Below are positions 26,626 through 40,714 of a stretch of 64,000 nt of DNA, piece by piece (within the stretch, counting starts at the first letter, position 1; the number at the start of each line of letters is the position of its first letter). The DNA is from Epiperipatus broadwayi (lineage: Eukaryota > Animalia > Onychophora), in assembly GCA_028023455.1 (NCBI GenBank), contig JAQFVV010000008.1, forward strand, positions 13,516,001 to 13,580,000. Direction: 5' to 3'. Both the position numbers and the translations under genes were made by a program. A model generated the notes under the pieces. The model saw only the letters and a program-made list of their open reading frames with translations. It had not been told where the DNA came from and did no database searches.

Positions 26626-29600
26626 ATTTTTTTCTAAAAAGAAATTTATTTAACAAATTTAATATGATTTACAAGTTACAATCAAGTGTAATAGTTTGTA
26701 TTGGAACTAAAGTTTATATTGGAACTTTGATCTGTGAGACATTTAGGTTGTTCGTGTGCCACAGTTGGGACCATCTCAATGTTTATAAAGTTCTCTTTTT
26801 GTGGGTGATGTTTGCCTAATATAGCACAGGTTGTGCATATGCTATGATTTATATCTTGTAGTCATTTAGGACTATTGTGTTGTTACATGTGGTTGAGTTG
26901 TCACTTATACTATTGCTGCAGTATTGGAATCTCAAAGAGTTTCCAAGTGTCATCAAAGGTGCTGTTGGAGGCAAGCATTTGATCTCTTTTCTTTATTTTG
27001 GTAATGGTGTCAATGAAGGTGAGAGCTGGGTTTCGGCTTGAATCCTCAATGGCTAGTTGACAGCGTACCAGCCATAATGAGAATGTGAGGAAAATGGCCA
27101 GTTGGATCCAAGCATATGTTTTTGTGCCTAGGCATCTTTGAATAGAGGTGATCATGTTGTAGTTTATTTTAGAGTTAGAGTGAATTAACTGTCTGATGCA
27201 GTTGTACTTAGGACATATGTTAATGATATGGTCAATTGTTTCCTCCTCTTGCTAACAGAGCTGACATTGGGGATCAGGTTGCCATGGCCTCTTCTGTATA
27301 CTAGAAACGATCTAGTGGGAAGTGCGTTAAGATTTAACTTTATCACAAAGTCAAGATATTTGGCTTCCAGGCTCCAGAGCCTAAATTGGGAGATGATTTT
27401 TTTATTTGTTATTTTAAGCCTGCAATCCTGTACTTGGCTGTGTGGGTGTTGTAGGCTATAGGCTTCCCAATAAGTTATTTTTGAATTGTATGAGGGTGGA
27501 TTTCTTTTAGTTAGGTTGAAGTAGTAGGCTGAGAGGGATAGGATCCAGTCCTGTTTATGTGGTGGTGGTCGATCTGTGGGGGAGATTGTTGGAGCAAATT
27601 CTAGATTGTCGAAAGTTAATGAGAGTTTGTGGATGAGATTATGAATTTTTTGCAGGTGAAAGTTGAGACTGCATGGAGGGACAATCCGTTGAGCCTAGAT
27701 GGATGGCGCATCCCTCCAATGCTAATGGTGACTGTCTTGCCACCCCAAAAAATTTTAGAGCACATTGAGTTAAGTTTGTTTTCAAATTTTTTTGTTAATT
27801 TAACAATTGGTAAGTAATAGTTGATTTTAGAAAAAAGGACTTTGTTTAATATGGTTACCTTTCCATGCAGTGAAAGGTATATTTTGGAGAGAGATGTTAT
27901 TTTATTAGCTGAATTTAATATGTCATTTTGAATTAGTGAGGTGATGGTGGCTGGGGGTTTATAAAATGGTATTCCAAGGAAGTTTTGCGGCTCACCCAGA
28001 AAGGTGCTGTTGATTCTTTTTCCAGTTGCAATTTTCCATGTTGCCGATTTTTGGAGGTTAAAGGTAAGTTTATATTGAGAAGTGTATTTGGTTAGTATTT
28101 TGTAGAGGAGAGAAAGGTATTTGTGTGAAGGTAATATTATGAGTATATCATCCATGTATGCCAGTACTCCTACTTCTTTCTTTAGACAGGGGACATAGAT
28201 GCCAGGCAGTTGCCTTTGGATGTCAACAAGGAGAGGGTTAATGTATGCTGCAAATAGGAGAGCACTGAGGGGAGAGTCCTGTGGGATGGAGAGTGTAAGT
28301 TTGAAGCAACTGGAAGTGTTCCCATTTAGAGATATCATTATTTGGCGGTTACTGAGCAGGTTGTCAATGATTTGTAGGAAGGAATTAGGTACGGAGTATT
28401 CTACTAGTGTTTTGAGAAGAATATTGGTCCTGACAGAATCAAACACTGTGGCTATATCAAGTTGTATGGCAATTGGTTTTGTCTTTTTGTGAGTCCTAAG
28501 GTAGTTTACAAGGGTTTTAACTTGGGCCATGGCTAGGATGGTGGATGAACCTTTTTTTGCATATTGTGCATTGGAAAGGTGTTTTAGTATGCATTCTTGG
28601 ATTGAGTCTTTTATAATGGACTCTATGATTTTTATCATGAGGGGGGGTCATTGAAATTGGTCGAAGACTTGAAAGTTCTGTTGGAGGTTTGTTCTTTTTG
28701 AGGAAGGGAACCATTGCTATAGGGTAGAGGTTTGGAATGTTTTTCCTACCCTCGGCCAGATAGTCAATCATTTGTGCTATTATTGGAATAGAGAACTGGC
28801 TAAGATGGGAGATGAGAAAATGAGGAATGCCATGAATGCCTGGATGTATTCTGTCTGGAAGTGATGCTAATTTGTGGGTGATATTGTGAGGGTATGCAGT
28901 TTCAGATTCATTCCAAGTGGTTGTTGGTGGTTCTGGCTCAGCTTGTAGGGAGTCTTGGAAGTGTTGTTTGATTCCCTCTATCATTTGCAGTCCAATCCAG
29001 GATTGACCTTTGTGAGAGATCATGTTTGGTACATTTTTATTTTTTGTGGTTCCAAGAGCCCAGCAAATGTATCCTAGAGTCCAACAGTGCTGAGACTCCA
29101 GGTATAGCTTAGCTCTTTTGATGGAGAGGTATTTGGCAAGTTTTATTTGTTTACTTTTGTATTGTAGTTTGAGTGCTATTATATTTTTGATGTTTGATGT
29201 ATTACTTGGGATTTCACTGAGTTTGGTGTTTATTTCCATTAAATCCTTCAGCAATCTTACTGGACCTTTGAGTTTCCGAGTGTAATTGCTAATTAGAGAT
29301 TGCAGGATCTCAATGAATGAAAACCAAGCAACCTCTGTGGGAGTTATTAAGATATTTATTTTGTGGAAGTAAATGTAGGCTTCAGAGATGATAGCTTCTG
29401 TTGCTGTTGTGCGTGTGATCATATGTATTGTTTGTGGGCTGGATTCTCCAGTATATAAAGTCTTATCTGGTGTGATATCGATGAGTTGTGCAAGGTGATC
29501 TGAGAAGGATGTAATTTGTAGCTTTGCTTCAATTTGAAAATGTAGCTCGGGAGAGTAGTAGAACAGATCTATCAGAGTTCTGGTATTCTGAGTATAGAAG

Positions 29601-32239
29601 GAGAAAGATCCTGGAGGTAGAAATCCCTCCCTGCACATGAGTGTTTTGTTAATTAGGTGTAGGTATTTGTTGTTGAAGTTGGTGTAACTGATATTAAAGT
29701 TACCGAGCAGCAGAATAGGGGCTGGGTTAGAGTGTAGGACCATGTTGATCATCTGTACTATGTAGTGGTAGTTGGTGGTCGAGTTCTGGGTATAAATGAA
29801 TACAATGTTTAAAATAAAATTGTTATAGTTAACTTTGATTATCATTATGTTATTATCAAGATACAGGATATTAAAGTCATTTGGTAATGATTTTCTATTG
29901 ATAATAATACCTATCCCTCCGGAGGCTGTGAGCTGTGGAGAATTTTAGAAAGCCATAGTTTTCAAGCCCTTCAGTAATTGTGTAGCTTGAGTTTACATGG
30001 TATTTTGTTTCTGCCATCAGGAATATGTGAGGAGAGTTGGAGTTTATCCATTGCCTGATGGCATGTATGCGTTGGGGAGAGTTAAGGCCTCTCACATTAA
30101 TGCTTACTATTTTGATTGACATAATTGTTGTATTACCTTTGGAGCATTGTACGAAGTGTACTGTGCATTACTTATTTTGTTTGTGGATGTTATTGTTCTT
30201 GGAGTGGTGAGGTTCAATCCGCTATGAAATCATTTGATTTGTTTGTGTATTCAAGAAGTGTGACTTTTTCTTGGCTACTAGGTAAGTTGATGTGGGATTT
30301 TCCATCTTTTGTGGAGTATGTGTCATTTTCTATGAGCTCTGATTCATGTATAGACTGTCCTTTCTTTTCAGGTGATGATACACTTTCTTTCCTTCTCTTA
30401 TTATTGTTATCTTTGGATGGAGAAGGGTCAATGGGTAGGATAGGTTTTGTATTTTTTAGGTTGATGTATGTGTCTTCATCTGAGCTTGGACTGCTGGAGA
30501 GGTTGTGTTTTTTCTTATTACGTTTTCTCTTTTGGCTTTTATCCTGGATTGGATGTTGCAGAACATTGTTTGAGTTTGTGCAAGAAGTGTTTTGTTGATA
30601 GATTATTGTGTCATCAGAATCCGTGGCACTTTCTTCATTGGAATCATTATTGTTGTTTGTTAGAGTTGTGATATTTCCATCATTATTAGTTTGCCCTTGC
30701 TGATTTGGAGTGTTTAGTATATCAAGGTTGTAAGTGTTTGATTTTATTAGGGTTGAGGGGTTGGGTATGAGAGGGTCACTGGTGAGATTGAGTGGTGTGA
30801 TCCTTGTTTTGGTGACTGGTAGTATTATATCCATTGACTTGTGTTGTTGTGGAGAATGCATGATAGTTGGACTTAAGGTGTTGTTATAGATTGCACTGGT
30901 TTGAGTTCTATTTATGTCTAATGATTGAGTTGTTTCTGGATTTTGTTCAGATCTGTTTGGTTCTGTGTTTTCTGTCTGCATGGGTTCAAGTTGGATTAGG
31001 TTTCAAGTGATCACCTTTGTTGTTGTTGTTGTGTTTGATTCTGTGGATTTCTTGAAACATTTGTGAATCTTGTTTTTCTTGGATCCACAGTTTTTGCAGA
31101 TCCTTGCCGGACAGTCCTTGATTAGGTGAGAGCGTTCAAGGCAGTGAAAGCACTGTGGTGGAACGCCATGGAGTGATATTACCATTGGGGATCCACATGC
31201 ATGAACCTCAGTAGGAATGTCTGTGGAGCTGACTCCATTCTTCAGGGTGATGGTGAATGCAGCTGTGTTAGTTGGAATGAGGTTATTTAAGTATTCAAAT
31301 TTCCCAATTTTGCCATATTTCTCAAGTATGGACTGTAGTTCAATGTGATTGAAATTCATAATACAGTTCTTTATGATGCCGTGTAATGTGGTAGGTCTGT
31401 TGTTATCAATTGTTATTAAATATTTGTCATTAAGAACTCTGATGTTATTTTTGAAAGAGTTTTTTCCTCCCCATGTTTTGAATTCCGTTATTATGTATCT
31501 GTCATTGGGGTGAGTGAAAATTCTGTTAATGCTTGTTGCTATGTTTTTTTCCGTTACCATATTTATAAAATTCTCAAGTGGGAATTTGAAGAGATTGCCA
31601 TTTGTGTCTGTTGTTGTTAGGATGAGTGTTTTATCATTAGTGTAGTTTATAAAAGATTTCATTAATTTATCTGGAACAGAATTGTTAAATTTAGTTTGTA
31701 TGTCTTGGTAGGTTTGTTCATTATCCTGTATTGGGTTTGTGTTTCTAAAATTATGTATAGTTTGGATGTCTTCTTCTGCATCTAGATTAATAATGCTTAG
31801 TAATGGGCTGTTGTCTGGATTAGGGTTTAGTTCGTTTTGGGAAGAGGAAAATGATGTATGATAAAGTGTTTCAGCATAAGATTTATTTAATTTTGGTAAG
31901 TTTTTTATTTCCGTTTTATTTTCATTCTAAAATTGTTCTGTATGATCCGTTTTTGTTTGTTTGGGATCTGTAGTTTTCCAATTTTTATTATTTAGTGGAT
32001 CGCTACAATGTGACTGCTTTGTAGCGGTTTTGTTTAATGTTTGATTTGTTTTAGCTTTTGAACTTATTGGTTTAGTTGGGTTATTGTCTAAGAGGAGTGG
32101 ATCTGTTGTTATATGTTGATATTTGTTTTTAATTTTGTTTGGGGAATGTCCGTGGTTAACGTGTACATAGTTATCGTTATTTTCTTGGTTTGTGCCCTCT
32201 TGCGATTTTGTGAAATAATTATTGGTTAAACTTTGAGCT
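26626..32239 (-). mobile_element. Full-length Tx1/L1-clade non-LTR retrotransposon (ORF1 zinc knuckle; ORF2 APE-RT), inactivated
   Basis: ORF1 is one frame from about 32240 to 30214 with two in-frame stops (31927, 31003) and CFHCLERSHLIKDC (CCHC). ORF2 starts at 30122: MSIKIVSINVRGLNS...ETK, GNFN, IDLF, SDH, LRPIS, LDIATVFDSV, QDSPLSALLF, YMDD. A-rich tail at 26626-26633 and TSD-like ttttatttt at 26617-26625 and 32240-32248. Confidence 0.9.
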
Positions 32240-32650
32240 TTTATTTTTGAAATCAATTTTTATCACCTTTTTTAAAAAAGAAAAACAACCAAAAAATTTG
32301 TCTCTAACTTTTACAAAGTATTTCTCAATCCATCCCCCAACCCCCAAATTAAAATAAGATCAAAACTTTTGACTTTTTCAAGTTTCGTTTTCTTTTTTGC
32401 TTAAAAATATGCCAACTTTTTTTTTAGCCTATAAGGCGATATTTTTTTTTGGTTTTATTTGTATACCGCTAATATACTAAAACTTTTATTTTTAAAACCA
32501 ATTTCTGTTACCTTTTTTTAAAAATAAAAACGAACAAAAAATAACTTTGGTCTCTATCTTTTGCCTCAGTGTAGACAAAGTATTTCTCAATCCACTCCCC
32601 CCCCCCCAAAAAAAAAAAAAAATTTAAAATAAGATCAAAACTTTTGACTT
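32240..32650 (+). repeat. Right part of the internal tandem array
   Basis: Direct repeat of 26228-26600; resumes exactly where the left array was interrupted. Confidence 0.8.
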
Positions 32651-35600
32651 TTTCAATTTTCGTTTTATTTTATTTTTTGGTGTTATTTCTATTATGCGAT
32701 ATCTATTTTACCATTTTTTAAAAAAACTTTTCCTATTAATTACATTTTTTGATCCTTTCAACACACCAGCACAAAAAAAAATTACAATAACATCAAAACT
32801 TCAGACTTTTACACGTTTCGTTTTATTTTTTCAGATTTAAAATACAGCGAATTTTTTTTTTGGCTGTACAGTGATTTTAATTATGCGATTTCTATTTTGC
32901 CCTTACTACTATCAAAAGACAACCTCCATATATATATAACCATCTTGTATATTTAACATTAAATACAAATATTACATTTATCATAATCATTGGCATGTAA
33001 TTACACTAGCTATGATATTTCCCAACATCCAGGTGAATAATATTTTATTCTTGAATGTTTTAACAATGAAATAATAAACATAGAAATGCAAGCACATCAA
33101 TGAGAATGATTGTTATTGTACTGTTTTCTGTGTTCAGCATGTGAAGATAAGCAACACCATTACAATACACAATAACTAGTGTGCTGTTTTTGGTCAGTTA
33201 TAACAATTATGCTTATCTAAGGCTAAGCTGGTTACATCTTTAAGAAAATTTATCTGTAAACTTCTGCCAGTCCGCAAAATCTTATCCTTATTTTTGCCGG
33301 TCCGCAGGTGTGAAAAGGTTGAAGACCACTGCTCTAAAAGAAGAATAAATAAATAATCAAATGGATTTATCGCTTGAGAGTTCATAAGAAATTCAAGCAT
33401 TAAAAGTGCTAGAATTGGAATCGATCGAAAGATCTTATACCTTAGAATTTGACACTCTACTACTACTACATTAAATCATGCAGTGGTAAAAAAAAAAAAA
33501 AAGAATGAATGTTATTGAACTAAGAAGCACAAAGATGCATTTAAGAAATATTATATGTTGATCTTAAGTAAGTGGATTCTTTATATGGAAAAGAGTAATT
33601 TAAGATAATGCTAGTTTTAATATTTAATATGTATTCTGATTATCATTACTGGCTTTGTCTTAAATATTATTTAATATGAGTTCAGAAGGCATTTACAAGT
33701 ACAAAGTTAACACATTTAAATTTTTTCAAATATGTAAGGTTTGTGATGAATGAATGTTACTTGTTAATAATAGTTTTTAAATTAAAAAAGAATATTAGAG
33801 ATTACTATTTAATATGAGTCCATTATGAATTGAACTGATGCTTTCTAATATGTATATTCTTCAAGATCTGCTGGCTTCCATAATAGCCTATAGAAAGGGA
33901 TTTAACTTTGCCATAATCATATTACAAAGTGATACAGAAATCTTCTGTTATATGGGTTACCATAAATTATCTGCTTTTAATACACATGAAGCTTAGTTTC
34001 ACAAAGTAAGTGAGAGACAAGTACGCATAGAAAACGTGGTTTCTTTGTTTAGTTGACATTTGTGCATCCATACCAACAAAAATATGTCTGATCTTAAACT
34101 TCTATAAATAGCTTAGTATTTATTGCAGTTTCTTTGATAATAATAATTTAATAAAAGAATTTACTGATTATAAAATAGATCTTCTGAGAAGAAAATTCAA
34201 AAAATTATATATAAAAAAATTTGGTAAAATTATTTTTAATTATTTTTCTTAGTCATTATCACTATTGTTATTTTTTATTCTGTTAACTTTGTTTAATATC
34301 AGATCAAGCTAGTGCATACTATTATATGAACAGAAGAGATGGATGGAGGATTGTGTGTATAATTATTTGATTATTGTGTTTGTAAGCAATAAATATAAAA
34401 AGAATTGTTGTTTACATATTTAGCTTTGATAATAGATTTATCTACATCTAATAATATTTTAGAAAAACTAAAAATCAGAAATTTGCCATGCTAATATATG
34501 TCTAATATACTTTCTGAAGAACAGATCTAATTCAAAGTATAGTTATTTCAGTAAAAATAAATTATCTTGATGACTAACTTTTTTATATGTAATCAAAAAT
34601 ATTTTTAAATATTAAAAGCACATTTGTAGGGAAGTATTATTTGGTGTATATCTATATGAATCTGGTTGAGAAAACAAAAGCCAATTTATTTACATGTACA
34701 CTCACTAAGTCCAACTGTGTATAATTTTAGTGTGCAATTTATTTAGATTGATTGTTAATTTGTAAGAACATATCACCCCTTAATCCCCTATATAACTCCT
34801 ATGTATATAATTTATAAATATTCTTATAGTTATTGAGGTGCATATCCAACACCCAAACTTTCCATTATAATATATATATAAATATTTATAATGGATTTGT
34901 TGGACCTTTTTCTTTAAATAATTAAATGTTCTTCCAGAAAAAAATTAAATTTATTCCACACTTATTATTTCTATATTAGATATTTATATGGACTTTGACT
35001 TACAGATTTCTCTGCATTTTTGCAATCAATTATAATTTATAGTAATTAAAATAAAATATTTCTATTAGTTAATACAATAATAAATTATTTGAATTAGATC
35101 TAGGTAAATATGCCAATAACTTCAGCATTGCAAATTACATTAGAGATTTAATTCTTTAACTGGTTGGATTAAATTTTTTACAACAAAAAAAAATTAAAAT
35201 TGTTTAGAAGGATAAAATTTTATTAAATTAACATTTTGCTGTTGAATAGTTTTTAAAAATCGGAGATCATAGAATTAACTAAAGAAATTCCTTATTGAAT
35301 TATAGCAAAAAATGAATCTTTGCTTAAGATATATTACTACATTTAGTGCTAACTCCAACAGAATTGTAGATTTGATTAGAAATAACAAAGACCATAAAAA
35401 AATAAAGAATTAAAAATAGTATTAAAAAGACAATGTTTGATCATCTTTATTTTATTTTAAATTATATATGAGATCTAAATAATCAAGTACAAATGACTAT
35501 GAAGAATCCTATATCAAACGTAATCAAAAGCTTTGTAAAGATTCAGATTTTTGTTTCCTAATCAACTTTATAAATGAGCTCTATAAGCAAATAGATTGCC

Positions 35601-36159
35601 TGTGAAATGATAATTATAAAAAAAACATATTATCTATTATTTAAAGAATCTGATTCTTGAGGATAATAAAGACATCTGAAAATGACCGTTTCATAACTTA
35701 ATTAAGAAATAATAATAGAATATAATTTGAATTATAAGAAACTTATTTATTATTATTATTATTATTATTGACATTGAATTATGTGAACCCTTTTAAAACC
35801 AAGGAATAGTCTTAAATTGTAAGAAAGCTTAAAAAAATCATCTGAGAATGGAACATATTTTCAGAACAATATCTAAAATTCTGTAAGACCAAAAATTTTG
35901 AAAATAAAAAAACTGAAAATAAAATTAATGAGATTACTAGTTATCTTTAGCATAAAAAAGAAAGGAACATAATTGAAAAGAAATATTTTGCTATAAAAAA
36001 TATTAATAATATTACAAATTAACTACAGCTTAGCACTGCTTTTGATAGGGCAGACCATATTCATAGCACTAGATAAAGTTAGATTTGTGAGGGAGAAAAA
36101 GTAGATAATGAACATATAAAGTAATTACTATGTATATCAAAGAAAATTTACATATTCCA

Positions 36160-36870
36160 ATTGCTTGATAAAGCAACACATGAATCCTTTTTATTTATCA
36201 CATGTTGTTGACAATAAACCATGCCTCTTTGAATTTTCTCTTTTGAATGTTAGGCTCAGTGCAAACTACTTTGATGTTAAACAGATCAAAGTTGCAACCA
36301 GAATTGATCTCATGTTCCAGAAATATCAATTTTATATTGGGGGTCTGACTTTGTGTGACTATATATATATATATTTATATTGTGCTAACCTAGTGGCACT
36401 ATTGACATGGGAATCATAATAATAAATTATATTGCAAGTAAGTTTGTTGCAACTAATTTTATAAATGATCTGTAGAGTCTGGTCCGGAGGCAACTTATCT
36501 TTAGTATGTTTAATAACTGATTTAGATTAGGAGTGTTTCTGAAGCTAACATTGAATATCTCAGAGTAAATTGTTTTTAATTTTTGCGATACAATAAGAAT
36601 AAATGTAAGGCTAATTTATGCATTAGTATTGTTATGGTCTGGAGGCCAGGTGTTTATTCTGGAATAAAAAAATTTGAGGGATCGATTTATGTATTGCTTT
36701 ATCACACAAGTGGAATATGCAAATTTTATCAATTTACATATTAATTACTTTATATATTCGTTCACTGCTTCTTTTCTCTCACTTAAAAATCTGACTTTAT
36801 CTAGTGTTATGAATATAGCCTGCTCGGTTGAAAGCAATACTAAACTGTAGTTAATATGCAATATTATTAC
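36160..36870 (+). pseudogene. Decayed Gypsy pol fragment
   Basis: VKQIKVATRIDLMFQK resembles the Gypsy RNase H-integrase linker (I..AT..D..LQ.V); downstream frames are broken. Confidence 0.4.
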
Positions 36871-37409
36871 TCTTTTCTTTATAATGAACTATGCACTTGT
36901 AATTGAATTACAAAATTATAAGGAAAAAGTTTATTGAACTACTAAAAGAAGTATAATTATCAGAGTCCAAGAAAGAATTAAGTGAATAAATATGGATACC
37001 AAACTCATTGAATTATTTGCAAAATTAATAATTGTATGCTTTGACTACAGACCATAAAGAATGATCACAAAAATAATTTAAAGAGCTTGCGAATCCCCCC
37101 CCCCCCTGGTTCACAATAAAGCTGAATTGTTAAAACTGAAGCATAGTTCATTAAATCTATACCAATTAATGACAGTAACTATATATTCAAAAGAATTTTT
37201 CTAGTTCAATAATCATGAGCAATTCAATTAACAAACTTAAAGTCATAAATACATTTTGAAAGCAACATTCCTGGGAGTGGAGCTTAAAAAAACACACTAG
37301 ATAATAATCTAGATAACCAAAAATCCAGACAAGGAAACAGAAAAATTTTCAGAAGAGAAGAATGCCAGCAAAATGGAAAACCATATAAGACATGAAAACT
37401 GCATGGTAT

Positions 37410-37961
37410 AAAACCATTACATCACATGATCACCACTTTTTATCCTTAACACAAGCTATTAAAATAGTAACACAATTTTCTCCATATAATAGTGCCATCA
37501 AGAGCAAGTTGTAGTAATCAACGCCTTCTGGCATTTATTAATTACTATAATTGGCACTTGGTGGCACTACAGTATGGAGAGAATTGCTACTCCGCAAAGT
37601 TAAAATTTGGTTACTCATATAAACAGCCTAATTCTTAGCTTCATTTATAACATAATTAGTGTAAACCACTAAACATCACATGATCACTATTTCTTATGCT
37701 AGCACCTTACTGTTATTAAAACAGGCAAAACTCTCCATACAGTAGTGCTGGAGGGTTGCATTAGATCCTAAGATCTAGGTGCAGTGCTCTCACATCTAAA
37801 GCTCCTCACTGACGAAGACCACAAGCCAGAAACTAGTCTGGGGATATTGGATGAGTAGGCACTAGATAGGGATTTTATGCACAAGCCTTCTGGCATCCAC
37901 TGATTACTCTGGTTGGCACCGAGTGGCACTACTGTATGAAGAGTTTTGCCTGTTTTAATAA
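37410..37961. mobile_element. Two foldback-type partial copies of the hammerhead repeat family
   Basis: 37410-37590 and 37660-37961 each consist of a reverse-oriented piece joined to a forward piece of the 454-bp unit. Inverted arms ttattaaaacaggcaaaactctccatacagtagtgc at 37713-37748 and 37926-37961. Confidence 0.8.
37803..37844 (+). ncRNA. Minimal type I hammerhead ribozyme, stem II degenerate
   Basis: TCCTCA-CTGACGA-AGAC cacaa GCCA-GAAA-CTA-GTC-TGGGGA. Confidence 0.6.
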
Positions 37962-39667
37962 TTAGTGTAATGTGAAAATGACCAAAAAATATAATTTAAG
38001 AGGAATATTTAAAACAAAAATGATTAAATAAATGTTTTTAATAAAAAGATAAGTGTAGAAACGATAATAAATTTGGATAGAAAAATGCTTAACTATGGCA
38101 TAAAATTAAAAAGATTTATAAGACTACTGACTTTGTAATAAACTTAATTAGATTAAAAATATGCACAATTATCTTCTTTAAAAGTAAAAGCATTACAAAG
38201 CTTATAATTTGAGGAAAGAAAATATAATTAGATGGAAATGTAATATAAGTAATTAAATCTATATATATAAGGATGAAAAATATTCAAATAAATAGTATAT
38301 GCACAATTTAAAATAGAAAAAAACTATAAATGTTCTAAAAATAAATAAAAAATTATTAAGAGTTGTATCTAAGTATAATAAACAGAATACATACATATAT
38401 ACATATTATTTTAAACTTAAATTTCAGTATATGAAATATACAAATTAATATTATATAGAAAGAAAGAAAACAAAATATGAAAAAATAATGACATAAAAAC
38501 TACTAAGAAAAATATTGTTGCTACCATAACAAATTTTATCAGCATTATCAGAAGAGATTATGATCTACACAATAATTTCTCAACATTCACCATTAATCTT
38601 CATTCAATCAGCAAAGCTGAATAAAAATAATTCTTTTTCAATGGTATCATCTATAAAGATATATTGTTAATAAATTTAGGCCATAAAATTGAAGTTGGTC
38701 TCCAGAATTGTGCTTTTAGTCAAAAAAGAAAACAATATAAACTAGATTTATTTGCAGCCATATGGCTAAAACATGTCTATATCACTACAAAATTAATTCT
38801 TTCATTAAATTACCAAACCTAGAACAATCATATTAGGATATCAACAACTAATATGACAGTTTCATCCACCCATCCACTTAATCCCCACTCCCATATGGAA
38901 AAAAAAAAACTTTTATAGAATCAGATATAAAATATATACAAAAAGGTTGGTAAAACCTGCCAAAATCTTTTCTTAATGTTATAAACTTCAATGAAGTCAG
39001 CAACTGCTACTGAAAAAAATAAATCTAATACTTAAAAGAATAAAGGAAAAGTAAGTTTAAATATCTTGATAAGTTTAGTTTTATTTTCATTTATTTACAT
39101 CCTAACTCATTGCAAATATCAGCAGTCCTACTAAGTACTGCATATAGAAGCAAATATAATGTTCTCTTTTCTCCAATGAGAATTCCATTTTCATCAAAAT
39201 AGCTCTCATTTAACATCTCATATAAAAAAATATTAAGCCAAACTGATTATTTAATTTAACAAATATTTTCTATTTTAAAAACAATATCAATTCAAATGTG
39301 ATATTCATTTATAATTCCAATGTTCCAAATAATAAAAGAAAATATTGCAAATATTTCTTATTAGCAATTGTTTTCATTACTAGAAATGCTTGCCATTAAA
39401 GTTGTGAGTATTAGAACAGAGGTAAAGATTCCTGGGTTAATTTTCATCTGAGAAATTCTAAAAGCAAATTCTATAATTTCATTAATTTCAAAATATTTTA
39501 TTTTTAAAAATCCATCAAAATTTTGAAAAGTAAAAAATAGAAAAATTATCCAAATATGTTTGTGTACTAAAGTTTCTATACATGTTTTTTTTTTTAAAAA
39601 AAAAAAAAAGGTTTCATTTCTGGTCAATATAGTCTTCACTATTAATGAAATAAGCTGGCCATTTTTC

Positions 39668-39873
39668 ACTATCATAGTTTTAATTATAAATTTATTTAAA
39701 CGCACATTGATTACGTAAGTAATATTTACTAAGGCCGTAACCTCAAGAATATGCACATAAAAATGCGATAGTAGGGTTCCTCTCTTTTCTTCCAAAACAT
39801 AAGCTCGTGGTTAAGACCTGTCGAGGTCCCTATTATCGCATTTTTATGCGCATATTCTTGACTATCATAGTTT
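39668..39873. mobile_element. Small hairpin element between 13-bp direct repeats
   Basis: actatcatagttt at 39668-39680 and 39861-39873; internal inverted repeat of about 34 bp (tcaagaatatgcacataaaaatgcgatagtaggg and its complement). Confidence 0.55.
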
Positions 39874-40714
39874 CTAACTTTTCCAATCATATTATTTCAA
39901 ATTCATTTTGGGAATCAGTGAACAATCTAACTCCTCTAATTATATATTTACTCCATAATTTAAATTGTCTCTTTTAAGATTTCATGCACAACAAAATAAA
40001 AAAGATCCCCCTTCCCCCATAAAGGTATTTTTTTTTATAACTGTCTTTTAAAACTTTTCATTACATTTATTATATAGTCTTTTTTTTTTTTTAAATACCA
40101 CTCACAAACAGACAAATAATTTGTATAAGTTGCTGACATTTTAAATTGGAAATTATACATTTAAATAAATAATCAAATGGTTAAATATTCAGAGAGTCAG
40201 ATAACATTCAAACACTGAAAGTGACAAAAAATTATTAACACAAAGTTAAAGAAGCAAGATTTATTGATTATGGATGAGTGTTTGAAAATTCTAAAAAGAT
40301 CAAGCAAGTACTTTAAATAAAAGTGAAGAAGCAAAACTAATTCTTGTTTTAAGATTCATACTCAATTTTTTCCCCCTTCCATTATATACCATATCACAAG
40401 TTTGTTTTTAATTTGATCAAACCCTATTAACAACAACAACAAAAAAACCATGAATAAAAAGACCATAAAGTATACATACTCACTATTATTTTAGAAATTA
40501 CCACATTTAGCTTTCAATAATATATAATTTTAGAGAAAGAAGAATGAAACTTCCTTGAAATATCAGTACTCTGTTTTGTAGAGATCGAGATTAAGATAAT
40601 AAAAAATTAAATCAATATTTTTTTTTACAATCATTTTTTTTTTTTTTTTTTACAATCAAATTTTTCACATAAAATATTCTTTCATAAATATGGCAGAATT
40701 AAAATAATACCAAC

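Larger units (their letters stand above)
25702..33331. mobile_element. Non-autonomous hAT (Buster/Charlie-type ends) with internal tandem repeats, carrying a nested LINE
   Basis: TIRs GAGTGGTCTTCAACC (25702-25716) and GGTTGAAGACCACTG (33317-33331), 14/15 identical. GC-rich subterminal CCGGTCCG/GCGGACCGG motifs. Flanks atcTAgag and ctcTAaaa share only 5/8. Confidence 0.65.
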
